Positions 48,671 to 58,211 of a stretch of DNA of 64,000 bases are shown here, piece by piece. The position numbers were made by a program, and so were the translations under genes. Within the stretch, counting starts at the first letter, position 1; each line of letters starts with the position of its first letter. Origin of the DNA: an uncultured Lentisphaerales bacterium (GTDB lineage: Bacteria > Verrucomicrobiota > Lentisphaeria > JABSQK01 > UBA12247); contig CALSSJ010000012.1 of the NCBI GenBank assembly GCA_943788985.1, positions 128,001 to 192,000 on the forward strand, given 5' to 3'. The notes under the pieces were generated by a model. The model worked only from the letters and a program-made list of their open reading frames with translations. It made no database searches and had not been told where the DNA came from.

Positions 48671-49714
48671 ATGAAAGCAATGAAACTCACCGGCATCGAG
48701 GCCATGGAGATGATGGAGGTTGCGACTCCCGAGATCACCAACCCGAACGATGTCCTGATCCAGATGAAAACCGTGGGCGTCTGTGGCTCGGACGTGCACT
48801 ATTATGAGACTGGGCAAATTGGTTCACAAGTTGTGGACTACCCGTTTGCGGTCGGCCATGAGGGCGCGGGCGTGGTGGTGGCGGTGGGGACTGCAGTCAC
48901 GCGAGTTAAGCCGGGCGACCGGATTGCGATCGAGCCAGCCATGCCCTGCGGTGCCTGCGATCAGTGCCTGACAGACCGTGCGCACACCTGCCGCGCGCTG
49001 CGCTTTCTCGGCTGCCCAAGGCAGGCCGAAGGCTGCCTCTCGGAGTACATCGTCATGCCCGAGGGGAGCTGCTTTACAGTAAGCGCGACCACTAGCTTCG
49101 ATGAGGCCGCGATCTCAGAGCCGCTCGCCATCGGCGTCTATGCCGTCAAGCAGTCTATTCCCATGGCCGGCGCCAAGGTCGGCATTCTTGGTGCCGGATG
49201 CATTGGCCTGAGCGTCCTGCTGCCTGCCCAAGCCCAGGGGGCGGACAAGATTTACGTAACTGATAAGATCGACAATCGCCTCGCACTGGCCGCTGAAGTC
49301 GGGGCTGCCTGGGGGGGCAATCCGGATTGCGAAGACGTGGTGGCGAAGGTCGCCGAGTTAGAGCCTGGCGGTCTCGACGTGGTCTTCGAATGCTGCGGCG
49401 AGCAGGAAGCGCTGGACCAGGCGATCGAGATGCTCAAGCCTGGCGGCAAGCTCATGATCATCGGCATTCCCCCGACTGCAAAGCGGGTGACCTTTCTGAT
49501 TGACAAACTGCGCCACAAAGAGATCTGTATCCAGAACGTTCGCCGGCAGAACCATTGTGTGCAGCCTGCACTTGACATGATGGAACGCGGCGACTTCGAC
49601 GTGAACGTCATGGTTACCCATCGCTTCCCCTTTGAGCAGAGCAAAGCGGCCTTCGACCTCGCCGCTTCCTACAAAGACGGCGTGGTCAAAACAATGATCG
49701 ATTTCCCCGCGTAG
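48671..49714 (+). CDS. Zn-dependent polyol (sorbitol/iditol-type) dehydrogenase
   Basis: GVCGSDVHY, GHE, CGACDQC..C, GAGCIG. Confidence 0.9.
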   Translation: MKAMKLTGIEAMEMMEVATPEITNPNDVLIQMKTVGVCGSDVHYYETGQIGSQVVDYPFAVGHEGAGVVVAVGTAVTRVKPGDRIAIEPAMPCGACDQCLTDRAHTCRALRFLGCPRQAEGCLSEYIVMPEGSCFTVSATTSFDEAAISEPLAIGVYAVKQSIPMAGAKVGILGAGCIGLSVLLPAQAQGADKIYVTDKIDNRLALAAEVGAAWGGNPDCEDVVAKVAELEPGGLDVVFECCGEQEALDQAIEMLKPGGKLMIIGIPPTAKRVTFLIDKLRHKEICIQNVRRQNHCVQPALDMMERGDFDVNVMVTHRFPFEQSKAAFDLAASYKDGVVKTMIDFPA

Positions 49715-49763
49715 TAACGCCCCAAAGATACGACCTTTCCAGGCCAAAACAAGGACTCCAGCC

Positions 49764-50477
49764 ATGAGCCTCTACCAGAAATATGAAGACGAAATTCGCC
49801 AGTTTGTGACTGTCTGTAACAAGTTGGCAATAAACATGTACGTCACCGGCTACGGGGGGAATGCGGCCTTGAGGCTGGAGGACGATTTGATCCTGATCAC
49901 GCCGACCATGTTGAACAAGGGGGACATCACCAGCGAGGACGTCGTGTTTATCACCTTGGCCGGTGAGACCGTTGAGGGAAATCGCCGTCCCACTGGTGAA
50001 CGGCCGATGTACATCAAGTTTTTCAATGATCGACCAGATATAAAGTCGGTCATTCATTGCCATGCGCCCAACGTATGTGCCGTCGCGATCATGGCAGGCG
50101 ACAACCTGCTGATGCGGCCCTTTTTTCCCGAGACCTCCCACGAAGTCGGACCAGCTCCGATCGTCCCGTACGCTGAGCCTCTCACCCAACAGCTGGCGGA
50201 CAACTTTGAGCCCTTCATTCGCAAGTACAACAGCTTCATCATGGAGAATCACGGTCTGGTGACCATGAGTCCAGAAGGAATCGACTACACCATGATGAAC
50301 GTGGAGCTGTTGGAAATGTCAGCCTATTCCATCCTGCAGGCTGCGGCAACGGGGCGGGAACTGAGGGAGTTGACGCGCGAGGCCATCGAAGGCTTGGACA
50401 ACGTCATGAAGCAACGCAATTGCCCGATGTTCGGCGCGCCCGGCGAATATGAGTCGCTGGTGGAACTCTACTTCTAG
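49764..50477 (+). CDS. Class II aldolase/adducin family protein
   Basis: GGN, ITPT, P(T)GE, IHCH, ENHG. Confidence 0.9.
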   Translation: MSLYQKYEDEIRQFVTVCNKLAINMYVTGYGGNAALRLEDDLILITPTMLNKGDITSEDVVFITLAGETVEGNRRPTGERPMYIKFFNDRPDIKSVIHCHAPNVCAVAIMAGDNLLMRPFFPETSHEVGPAPIVPYAEPLTQQLADNFEPFIRKYNSFIMENHGLVTMSPEGIDYTMMNVELLEMSAYSILQAAATGRELRELTREAIEGLDNVMKQRNCPMFGAPGEYESLVELYF

Positions 50478-50645
50478 CTTTGCCTTCCGATCGGTCTGCG
50501 CTCCGATCGACCAGTTCGCTGTAATCGGCAAGGAAAGCGAAGGAGCTGGCCTTCTCATCGCCAACCTTTCTTGAATCGTTAAGTTTGCAGACATTGATGT
50601 TTGAATAATATCCAATTTAGTAAACTTGATAGGTGAGCTCAGAAG

Positions 50646-51020
50646 ATCGATTCTCGAATTCTTGAACGCGTCATTCTAGGCCAGCGCAGTGCATTTTGTG
50701 AAAGTTCACTGGGGCTTCAGAGACGAATTGATCTTGCTGCACACCTGAAGCACGAGAGAGTCGTTGTCGTTACTGGGATTCGCCAGGTGGGGAAGTCGAC
50801 TCTGCTGGGGCAGATTGCCGAACGTTTCGATGAATTTCATCACGCCGAATTGGGGACGCACCTTACCGGCCGCCACAGCCGCGTGGAAGTTTTCCGTTCT
50901 CCTTCCGGGAAGTACTGGATCTGAAGGGAATCGATGCGCTTGCGACCATGACAACCATTCAAGCGGCAAGAGTCCAGGCGGAATTCGATTTATACCTGAT
51001 GGACGGCGGCATCCCCAGTC
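50646..51020 (+). pseudogene. N-terminal remnant of an AAA_14/DUF4143 ATPase
   Basis: VVVTGIRQVGKSTLL (Walker A), then ELGTHLTGR (Walker B region missing), frameshift, FREVL..YLMDGGIP; not in the ORF track. Confidence 0.7.
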
Positions 51021-51102
51021 ACGTTCCCTGCTTCTGACCCCGGGGGAGAGTCACGGCATTGATTTGGTCGACACCGGCCCCGAACTACGCGACCTGCAGA
51101 TT

Positions 51103-51868
51103 CTATCTGCCTGGCGGTGGTTGCTGGGCTTTTGATTGGCTCTCTTCCTCAGGCTGATAGCCATGCCGGAGCATGTCCTCATGAAAGCAGGGAAAGGTGT
51201 GGCGGCCAGTCGCGGTTCGCCAGCGTCCGACGGATTCCGGGCGCACCGGGATCGTGGTCATGCGCCGATCCAGGAAGTCTTCCAGCCGGGCGAGGGTGCG
51301 AGGCTGGTCGAGTACAAAGTCTTCGAAGCGTACCGGGAGCAGATGACGCGGGGACGGCGTGGCGTTGAAGATGTCCGCCTGGTACTTCCAGCTGATCGCC
51401 CGGCGCTCGCGCTCGTCGTCGGTGCGATCGTAGGGCACGCCAAAGTCGGCGAGGTCGTCGGTAATATGACCGCCAACGATCGAGTCGCGGGGATCGCGTA
51501 CCCAGAAGATGTAGTGGATCTCCGGAAACAGGCGCACGATCCAGGGAAAGCAGAGGATGGTCTCCGGCAGCTTCCAGCCCTTGTCGGGCGCGTCGCTGGC
51601 CAGGACGCTGGCGAGATACGCCTCGACCAGCCGGCGAAAGGCGGGGTCGATGGGCATGGTGTGGAGGCGCTCGAAGTCCCACTGGCAGTTCCCGCGATGG
51701 ACGACGTGCCGGGCGAAGACCCGACAGGCTTCGTACATGGCCGCGGCCGGGACGAGGTCGCCAGAGGACTCGTTGATGTCCGGCGCCCATGTAGAAGCCG
51801 CTGGCGCTCAGGGTGTGCGACATGGCGCGGGTGCCAGAGTGGCCGCGCCCAATTACGGTGACGATCAT
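51103..51868 (-). CDS. Sulfotransferase family protein, +1 frameshift near 51782
   Basis: ATG 51868 MIVTVIGRGHSGTR (5'-PSB loop); GWKLPE; WVRDPRDS (3'-PB); RFEDFV; YMGA joins DINESSGDL..MYEACR after removing one base. Confidence 0.8.
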
Positions 51869-52861
51869 CGTATGTGCACCACGGTTTCGGTTTGTACGGA
51901 TTCGATCGCTGCGGCCAACACCTTTTGGGCGGCCAGGCCATCGGTCCCCGGAGCCGTCGATCTCGTCCGGGGCCGCGCCCTCGTTGAGCTGCTCGACAAA
52001 CCGCGACAGGCGATTGCGAAAGGTGTCGTCGAAGTCGCGCATGCCGCCGAACACCGGGTTGGTGTAGACGCGTTTCTGCGAGTCGCCCGCAGGATAGAGG
52101 GTGGCCTCGCGGAAGATGTCGTCGATGACGAACCGGCCCTTGGTGCCAGCCACTTCAGTGCGCTCCATGGGATGGCCCCGCTCGATGTCGTAGCTGCCGG
52201 TCAGGTGCCCAAGCGCGCCGCTTTTGAAGCGCATGTTGAACTGGGCTGTGGACCAGATGGTGCGCCCGGGGGCTTTAAGGCCGAAGCACTGGACGGCTTC
52301 GATGTCGCCGCAGAAGTAGCGCATGATGTCCACCGTGTGCGGATGTAGCGCCTTGATCTGAAACCAGGGCGACGACTCGCGTGGGTTCATGATCCACATG
52401 CTGATGTTCATGAACAGCTGGTGGCCGATGCGTCCCTCATCTACCCATTGCCGGGCGAGCCGGGCAGCGGGCGTGAAGCGGTGGTTGAGGTCGATGCCGT
52501 AACAAACCCCGGCGGCTTGGGCAGCGGCGACCATTTCCTCGCCCTTGGCGATCTCGTTCGAGATGGGCTTTTCGCCGAGGACATGCTTACCGGCGGCGAT
52601 GGCTTCCATGGTCGGCTCGTAGTGGTCGCTCCCGTATTCCTCGCCTCCGGTGGCGACGCTGACCATGTCCAGCTCGACGTTGGCGAGCATCTCGGCCACC
52701 GAGTGGAACGCTGGCACGCCGTGCGCCAGAGCAGCAGCGGCGGCGCGCTCGCTGTTCCGGTCACAGACCGCGACCAACTCCCCATCTGCCATTTCCCGGT
52801 ACAGGCGTGCGTGCTTGTTGCCGATCGGGCCAAGGCCGATGACGCCAATTCGTTGTTTCAT
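51865..52861 (-). CDS. Gfo/Idh/MocA oxidoreductase, +1 frameshift near 51947
   Basis: GLGPIG, EKPIS, NHRF; removing one G from TCCGGGGACC restores DGSGTDGLAAQKVLAAAIES and an ATGA overlap with the sulfotransferase. Confidence 0.85.
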
Positions 52862-52873
52862 CAGAGCCACCTG

Positions 52874-54259
52874 CTACCGCGACCGCGCTTGGAGCTTGCG
52901 GGCCTGCTCCGGGTCGCCGATATGGAGGGTGTCGTAGGCCTGCTGGCTGCTCTCGAAGTAATCGATGCCCGGGTGCCCATGCCAACCGGGCTGATGGTGC
53001 ATGGGGTTGGGCTTACCGACCGCGGCCACCCGCTTGTCGATGTGCGCCTGCATCTGCGCTTCCAGCAGCGCCACGATGTCTGGATGTTGATCCGCGACAT
53101 TGTCGTTCTCATCCGGATCGGTGATCAGGTTGTAGAGCTCGACCTCGGGCTTGAAATGCACGTCGGGCTCGAGCGCGTGGATGAGCTTCCATTCGGGCGT
53201 GCGCCAGCCATGCTTACGCATCCAGGTGCACTCGGAAATATAGAACGAGGAGGCAAAGCTGGCCGCCTCGCCACGCACCAATTGCATGAGCGACTGGCCG
53301 TCGAAGTCAATGCCCGGCTCGATCTCGGCCAGTTCCATGAGGGTCGGTACGAGGTTCATGTGCTGGTTGTAGCCAGGCACGCGTTGCCCAGCGGGAACCT
53401 TACCCGGGTAGCGGATGATCAGCGGCACTTTGAGGCAGACGTCGTAAATACCGTGGTGGTCGAACCAGCATTCGTGGTCGTAGAGGGTTTCGCCATGGTC
53501 GCCGTTGAGGACGACGATGGTGTCCTCGGCGATGCCAAGCTTGTCCAGCGTCTCGAAGAGGACGCGGATGCAGGCGTCCATGTAGGCGATGGCGCCGTCG
53601 TATTGGGCGATCACGTAGTCTTTATCGGTGATCCCGGGCGGCATCCAGCTCATGAAGTAGTCGGCGAACGGTTTGAAGGCCATGACCGGTTCCATGGAGC
53701 TGTTGCTGGGATCGCACTCATCGCCATGGTAGAACATGCGATCGTAGGGCGCTGGCGGCAAGTACGGCGAGTGCGGGTCCATGTGGCGCAGGAAGAGCAG
53801 AAACGGCTTGTCGCCGGCGGCCAGCCGCTCGAGCTCTGGCACGGCCACTTCGTTCAGGCCTTCGGCCTTGCGCAGGCAACCATCCTCGGCGCTGCCCCAA
53901 CTCTGGAAGTTGAGGTAGTTGTCGAATCCACGCGAGCCCGGGTTTCCCTCGAAGCCGACGCAAGTGGTCTCGTAGCCTGCCTTGCCGAGAATCTCGGGCA
54001 GGGTACTGACGTCGTCGGTGAGCGGGCCCTTGTGGCGCAGCGCGACGCACTGGGTGGAGAAGATGTCCTTGCCGGTGAGCATGCAGCTGTAGGCCGGCGT
54101 GGTCGGGACATTCGGCGAGAAGGTGTTCTCGAACAGCGTTGCGGACTCCGCAAACCGGTCGATGTGGGGGGTGGTCAGCCGGTCGTACCCGTAGCAGCTC
54201 ATGTGCGTGGAAAGCAGCGAGTCAATGCCGATCAGAAGAATATTCGGTTTCTTGGGCAT
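52874..54259 (-). CDS. Sulfatase-like hydrolase with Thr at the nucleophile position
   Basis: KPNILLIGIDSL, PTTPAYSCMLTG instead of C/S-x-P-x-R, DPHSPY, GDHGE, DHHG; no signal peptide; AAGGA RBS. Confidence 0.88.
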   Translation of the reverse strand: MPKKPNILLIGIDSLLSTHMSCYGYDRLTTPHIDRFAESATLFENTFSPNVPTTPAYSCMLTGKDIFSTQCVALRHKGPLTDDVSTLPEILGKAGYETTCVGFEGNPGSRGFDNYLNFQSWGSAEDGCLRKAEGLNEVAVPELERLAAGDKPFLLFLRHMDPHSPYLPPAPYDRMFYHGDECDPSNSSMEPVMAFKPFADYFMSWMPPGITDKDYVIAQYDGAIAYMDACIRVLFETLDKLGIAEDTIVVLNGDHGETLYDHECWFDHHGIYDVCLKVPLIIRYPGKVPAGQRVPGYNQHMNLVPTLMELAEIEPGIDFDGQSLMQLVRGEAASFASSFYISECTWMRKHGWRTPEWKLIHALEPDVHFKPEVELYNLITDPDENDNVADQHPDIVALLEAQMQAHIDKRVAAVGKPNPMHHQPGWHGHPGIDYFESSQQAYDTLHIGDPEQARKLQARSR

Positions 54260-54287
54260 GGTCATTTCCTTATTGCAGGGGATGTGT

Positions 54288-55085
54288 TCAGCGAGCACCG
54301 CAGGCCTGGAGGCAGGCTTGCATGTGCCCGCGGGCTTCGGCAGCAATGGTGCAGCAGCGCTCGAGCGTGTAGTCCTTGGCGCCGATGACTTCGAGATTGA
54401 CCGGGCCGGTGTAGCCACTCTCGTGGAGCACGCGCATGTAGCCGAGCAGGTCGATGTCGCCGCGACCGTTGGCCTGGTCCTCGGGCTTGCCGGGGCCTTG
54501 CTGCCGGCCCTTGCAGTCGCGAATATGGACGTGGCGAATGCGGTCCACAACCGCGCTGATTGCCTCGACCGGGTCTTCATTGGCGCGGTGGATGTGGCTG
54601 GGGTCCATGTCCAGGCCAAAGGCCGGCGAGGTGATCGCCGCCAGCGCCTGGAGGGACGTGGGCGTGTTGTAGACTGCGGCCCCCACGTGCGCCTTGACGC
54701 AAAGCGTAATGCCGTAGTGCTCGGCCCGGGCTGCCAGGCGCGCCAGCGACTCGATGCGCTCTGCGACTGAGCCAGGCTCATTGCTCTTGCCGCCAGGCCC
54801 GCAGTTGATGACCGGAATGCCGATCTCTACCGCCGCCTGCATCGCCGCTTCCATGATCTCTGGATCCTGACTGGGCTGCTCCATGGCGAGGAGCTCGAGC
54901 TCGAGTTCCGCGGCCAGGCGCTTGATTTCGGGCGCGCAGTCGCGCCAGCGGTCGATGACGAGGTGTTCGCTCATGCCGTCGATGGCAGAGATTTCGATGC
55001 CGTCGTAACCGGCGGCCTTGATGCAGCGAAACGCGGTGGCCATGTCGTAGCCACCGAATAGTACTGAGTTTGCGCCAAGTTTCAT
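54288..55085 (-). CDS. Sugar phosphate isomerase/epimerase (AP_endonuc_2 TIM barrel)
   Basis: GYDGIEI, DMDPSH, HVHIRD, GRGDID, YTGPVNLE. Confidence 0.88.
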   Translation of the reverse strand: MKLGANSVLFGGYDMATAFRCIKAAGYDGIEISAIDGMSEHLVIDRWRDCAPEIKRLAAELELELLAMEQPSQDPEIMEAAMQAAVEIGIPVINCGPGGKSNEPGSVAERIESLARLAARAEHYGITLCVKAHVGAAVYNTPTSLQALAAITSPAFGLDMDPSHIHRANEDPVEAISAVVDRIRHVHIRDCKGRQQGPGKPEDQANGRGDIDLLGYMRVLHESGYTGPVNLEVIGAKDYTLERCCTIAAEARGHMQACLQACGAR

Positions 55086-55101
55086 GGTCTGACTCCCTTC
55101 T

Positions 55102-56238
55102 CTATTCTACGCCCGGGGCGCGCTCAAGGCTGGGCAATGCGTTCGGATGGACCAGTGCGCCATCGTTCTCGTACGACTCAATGGTCGCGAAGGTGTACTC
55201 CAACGACGCCAGCGCGTCCCGTCCCGAGGCACGTAGCTTGTGCTTGGGCACGTCGTTGGTCACGTCCTCGAGGAAGGCGTGGATGCGGTGCCCAAAGGTG
55301 ACATTAAAGTCGGTCTCTCCGGAGTTGGTCTCCACGGCTTTGGGCGCCTCGCCCAGATTCAGCTTGGCGGGGTCGGCAGCGCCTCCCATGCCGGGGGCTG
55401 GCTGGAAGATTAGCTTCTCGACGCAGTTCTCGATGATGAAGGTGCCGCGGGCGCCGCCTACCTCGACACTCCACCATCCTCCGTAGCCCATGGTCGCGTC
55501 GCCGCGCTGGCTGAACAGATAGCCTACCGCGCCGCTGGCAAAGCGGCAGTGGATGCTGTTCACCGACAACATCGGGTCGCTGGCCGCTTGGCGAAAGCCG
55601 GGGCGGCTCAGGAATGCCTGGATGTGGGTGATGTCGCCGCAGAAATGGCGCATGATGCTGAACGGGTGCGCCAGAAACGCCTTTACGTGAAAGTACGGGA
55701 AGTCCTTGGCATTGGCGTTGCCCATGGGGCCGCCATAGCTGCCTTCGCCGCCGACGAAGCCCATCCGGTGCAGGCAGTATATCTGTTCGCCGACCTTGCC
55801 GTCGGCAATGAGTTGGGCTGCCTCGTCGGCTGGCTCGGTGAAGAAGTGGTTGAGATTGCAGCCTAGGTAGCGGTCCTGCTTCTGGGCGAGCGCCACCATC
55901 TCGCGGGCCTCGGTGATATCGTTCGAGATGGGCTTCTCGACCAGCACGTGCTTGCCTGCCGTCAGGGCTTCCATGGTCGGCTGATAGTGCCAGCCGCCGT
56001 TTTCATCGCCACCTGTGCAGACATCCACGATGTCCAGGTCCGGATGCGCCGCGAGCATCTCCTGGACACTGCCATACGATTGGACGCCATGCTTCTCGGC
56101 GGCTTCGTCTGCCCGCTCCTTGACCACATCGCAAACCGCAACCAACTCTGCCAACTCGTCCGCCATGTGGCAACTGGCATGCTGATTGCCGATCCCACGC
56201 AAACCTACAATGCCCACTTTAAGACTCATCTTACCCAT
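55102..56238 (-). CDS. Gfo/Idh/MocA oxidoreductase
   Basis: GLRGIG, HVLVEKPISN; shares motifs with 51865-52861. Confidence 0.9.
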   Translation of the reverse strand: MGKMSLKVGIVGLRGIGNQHASCHMADELAELVAVCDVVKERADEAAEKHGVQSYGSVQEMLAAHPDLDIVDVCTGGDENGGWHYQPTMEALTAGKHVLVEKPISNDITEAREMVALAQKQDRYLGCNLNHFFTEPADEAAQLIADGKVGEQIYCLHRMGFVGGEGSYGGPMGNANAKDFPYFHVKAFLAHPFSIMRHFCGDITHIQAFLSRPGFRQAASDPMLSVNSIHCRFASGAVGYLFSQRGDATMGYGGWWSVEVGGARGTFIIENCVEKLIFQPAPGMGGAADPAKLNLGEAPKAVETNSGETDFNVTFGHRIHAFLEDVTNDVPKHKLRASGRDALASLEYTFATIESYENDGALVHPNALPSLERAPGVE

Positions 56239-56373
56239 CCTGATTGGTTCCTGTTTTGTTGGCCTCAGCCCCGCGTTAGCCATAGAATTTAGCCAATCCT
56301 GACGTATTGTCCTTGACGATTCCGCCAGATCCAAGCACGATCCTACCAATCTAGTAGTCCCTGGAGCAATCCC

Positions 56374-57255
56374 ATGCCCGATACGATTCTCCGCTCACAG
56401 GTCTTTCGCGACGCCGAGTTCCCGCTTGCCGTACAGCGGATCCCGCAACACGGAAGCGGCGACGATCAACATGCCCACGCGTTCCACGAACTCGTCCTGA
56501 TCATGAAGGGACATGGGACCCATGCTGTGGGGCCAGAAAGCTACAAGTTGGAGACCGGCGACGTCTTTGTCATTCAGGGCGACACCACCCATGGCTACAT
56601 GGAGACCGACAAGATGACGCTCGTTAACATTCTCTACGACCCTGATCAGTTGCGGATTCCGCATGCGGACCTTGGCGGTCTACCCGGGTACCAGGCGCTG
56701 TTCTGTGTCGAGCCGCAGGTGCGCCGCCATCGGAAGTTTCAGAGTCGCCTGCGATTGGGCATTGACGAACTGGCCCGCGCCAGCAACCTGGTCGCCGAGT
56801 TGGCCGAAGAGTTGACCAGCAGGACGCCAGGCTACCGTTTCATGGCCACTACGCATCTCATGCGCCTGCTGGGGTACCTGTCTCGCTGCTACTCCCAACT
56901 CGATCTGGACCTGACCCGACCAGTAAACCAGATCAGCAAGGTCCTTGGATACCTGGAACGACACTTCACCGAGCCGGTGCAGGTCGCGGATCTGGTCAAG
57001 GTCGCCGGCATGTCGCAGACGTCGTTGATGCGCCACTTTGGCCAGGTAATGGAGCGCTCACCGGTCGACTACCTCATCCACCTGCGCGTCAACCATGCCA
57101 AGCGGTTGCTGCGCGGCACGCAGTTCTCCATCAGCGAAGTGGCCCTGCAATCCGGCTTCTGCGACAGCAACTACCTGGCCCGCCAGTTTCGTCGTGTAGC
57201 TGGCGTCTCGCCGCGCGAATACCGCCGCCAGGCGGCGGGAAGCGCGTTGCCTTGA
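56374..57255 (+). CDS. AraC family regulator (RhaR/RhaS-like)
   Basis: Cupin HAHAFHEL; HTH ISEVALQSGFCDSNYLARQFRR..GVSPREYR; divergent from the oxidoreductase operon. Confidence 0.92.
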   Translation: MPDTILRSQVFRDAEFPLAVQRIPQHGSGDDQHAHAFHELVLIMKGHGTHAVGPESYKLETGDVFVIQGDTTHGYMETDKMTLVNILYDPDQLRIPHADLGGLPGYQALFCVEPQVRRHRKFQSRLRLGIDELARASNLVAELAEELTSRTPGYRFMATTHLMRLLGYLSRCYSQLDLDLTRPVNQISKVLGYLERHFTEPVQVADLVKVAGMSQTSLMRHFGQVMERSPVDYLIHLRVNHAKRLLRGTQFSISEVALQSGFCDSNYLARQFRRVAGVSPREYRRQAAGSALP

Positions 57256-57269
57256 TCCAGCCGGAGAGG

Positions 57270-57710
57270 TCAATTCACAAATCTCAGTCCGTCGGGAATG
57301 GCGTACAGGGGGATGTTGAGGGTGCGATCGTCGCGCTTGAAGTTCAATAGCGTAGCGCGGAGTCGTGCCGGTGGCGAAAATTGAGCGTCGAATGACTGCA
57401 GGCTTTTGCTCTTCGGATTGACGGCGGCCTTGACCTCCAGAGGAAATACAAGCCTTCCTGCTCGATCAGAAAGTCTACCTCGGCCTTGCCGCTCGCGCTG
57501 CGCCAGTAATGAAGATCCATACTAGCTGCCAGCTGCCAGCTGCCAGCTGCTAAGCTCCGAAGTTCTCGACGAGGGCACCGCGATACTCAGCAAACAGGCA
57601 AGCGCCTCGAACCGCCAGTTGCGGGGCGTTTCTGCCAGAGCGCCAAGCAGCGTGACATCTAGCGCATACACCTTGAAACACCGCCTAGCCTCGCAGCCTT
57701 GTCAGGGCAC
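57270..57710 (-). pseudogene. C-terminal remnant of an AAA_14/DUF4143 ATPase
   Basis: FKVYALDVTLLGAL, GALVENF, HYWRS..KAEVDFL, PLEVKA..KSL..NIPLY, with stops/frameshifts; contains (AGCTGCC)x4 at 57524-57550. Confidence 0.7.
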
Positions 57711-58043
57711 CCGCGCGGTTTCAACGGCAAAGACCCGAGTCGTGCGCTCTTGCGCTGTTCTCGACGACCGAAAACCAGAACTTCTTGTTCTCGCGTGAAA
57801 GATGCTTCGGAATCGACTCCCAAATCGCCGCCGGCTTGGGCACATCACACGTCGGGGCGTGCTTCGCGAAGTCCAGCATGTAGGCATCGCAGCTCCCGCG
57901 AAAGATGAAACGTGGGGAGAGGGCAGGCAGAGGCGGGGGAACGGATCGGCAAAAAATTAAGGGGTAAAAAATGAAGATGGCAGGGGGTGCTGCGAGTATC
58001 CATGAGTGCCGCAGCTTCTTGGCCAGTATTCCTAATTCGTTGC

Positions 58044-58211
58044 CTAGGAGCCTGTCCGACCTAGCTAAATCTGCTGCAAAACCGCCCAGTCGGCACCATT
58101 TCTTGGCCCGTTGCGGTTGTTAAAATTCAATATACGCCCTTCAACGGGCCAATTCTGGCGCTCGATGGCTCGATCTCTCGCGACGATCCCCTAATTCCGA
58201 CAGACTCCTAG
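58044..58211. mobile_element. 168-bp MITE with CTAG-flanked terminal inverted repeats
   Basis: CTAGGAGCCTGTCCGACCTAG ... CTAATTCCGACAGACTCCTAG (17/21); internal perfect IR TTGGCCCGTTG / CAACGGGCCAA. Confidence 0.75.

Noticed and set aside
47911..50477. Planctomycete/verrucomicrobial bacterial microcompartment locus
   Set aside because: No shell proteins, aldehyde dehydrogenase or acetate kinase in the window
51179..52870. 563-aa ORF suggesting an oxidoreductase-sulfotransferase fusion
   Set aside because: Product of two +1 frameshifts; correcting them gives two genes with an ATGA overlap
52421..54388. 655-aa plus-strand ORF
   Set aside because: Antisense shadow of the sulfatase-like and Gfo genes in high-GC DNA; no motifs
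54260..54781. N-terminal extension of the 635-aa sulfatase-like ORF
   Set aside because: Overlaps the isomerase gene in another frame; RBS and family start are at 54259
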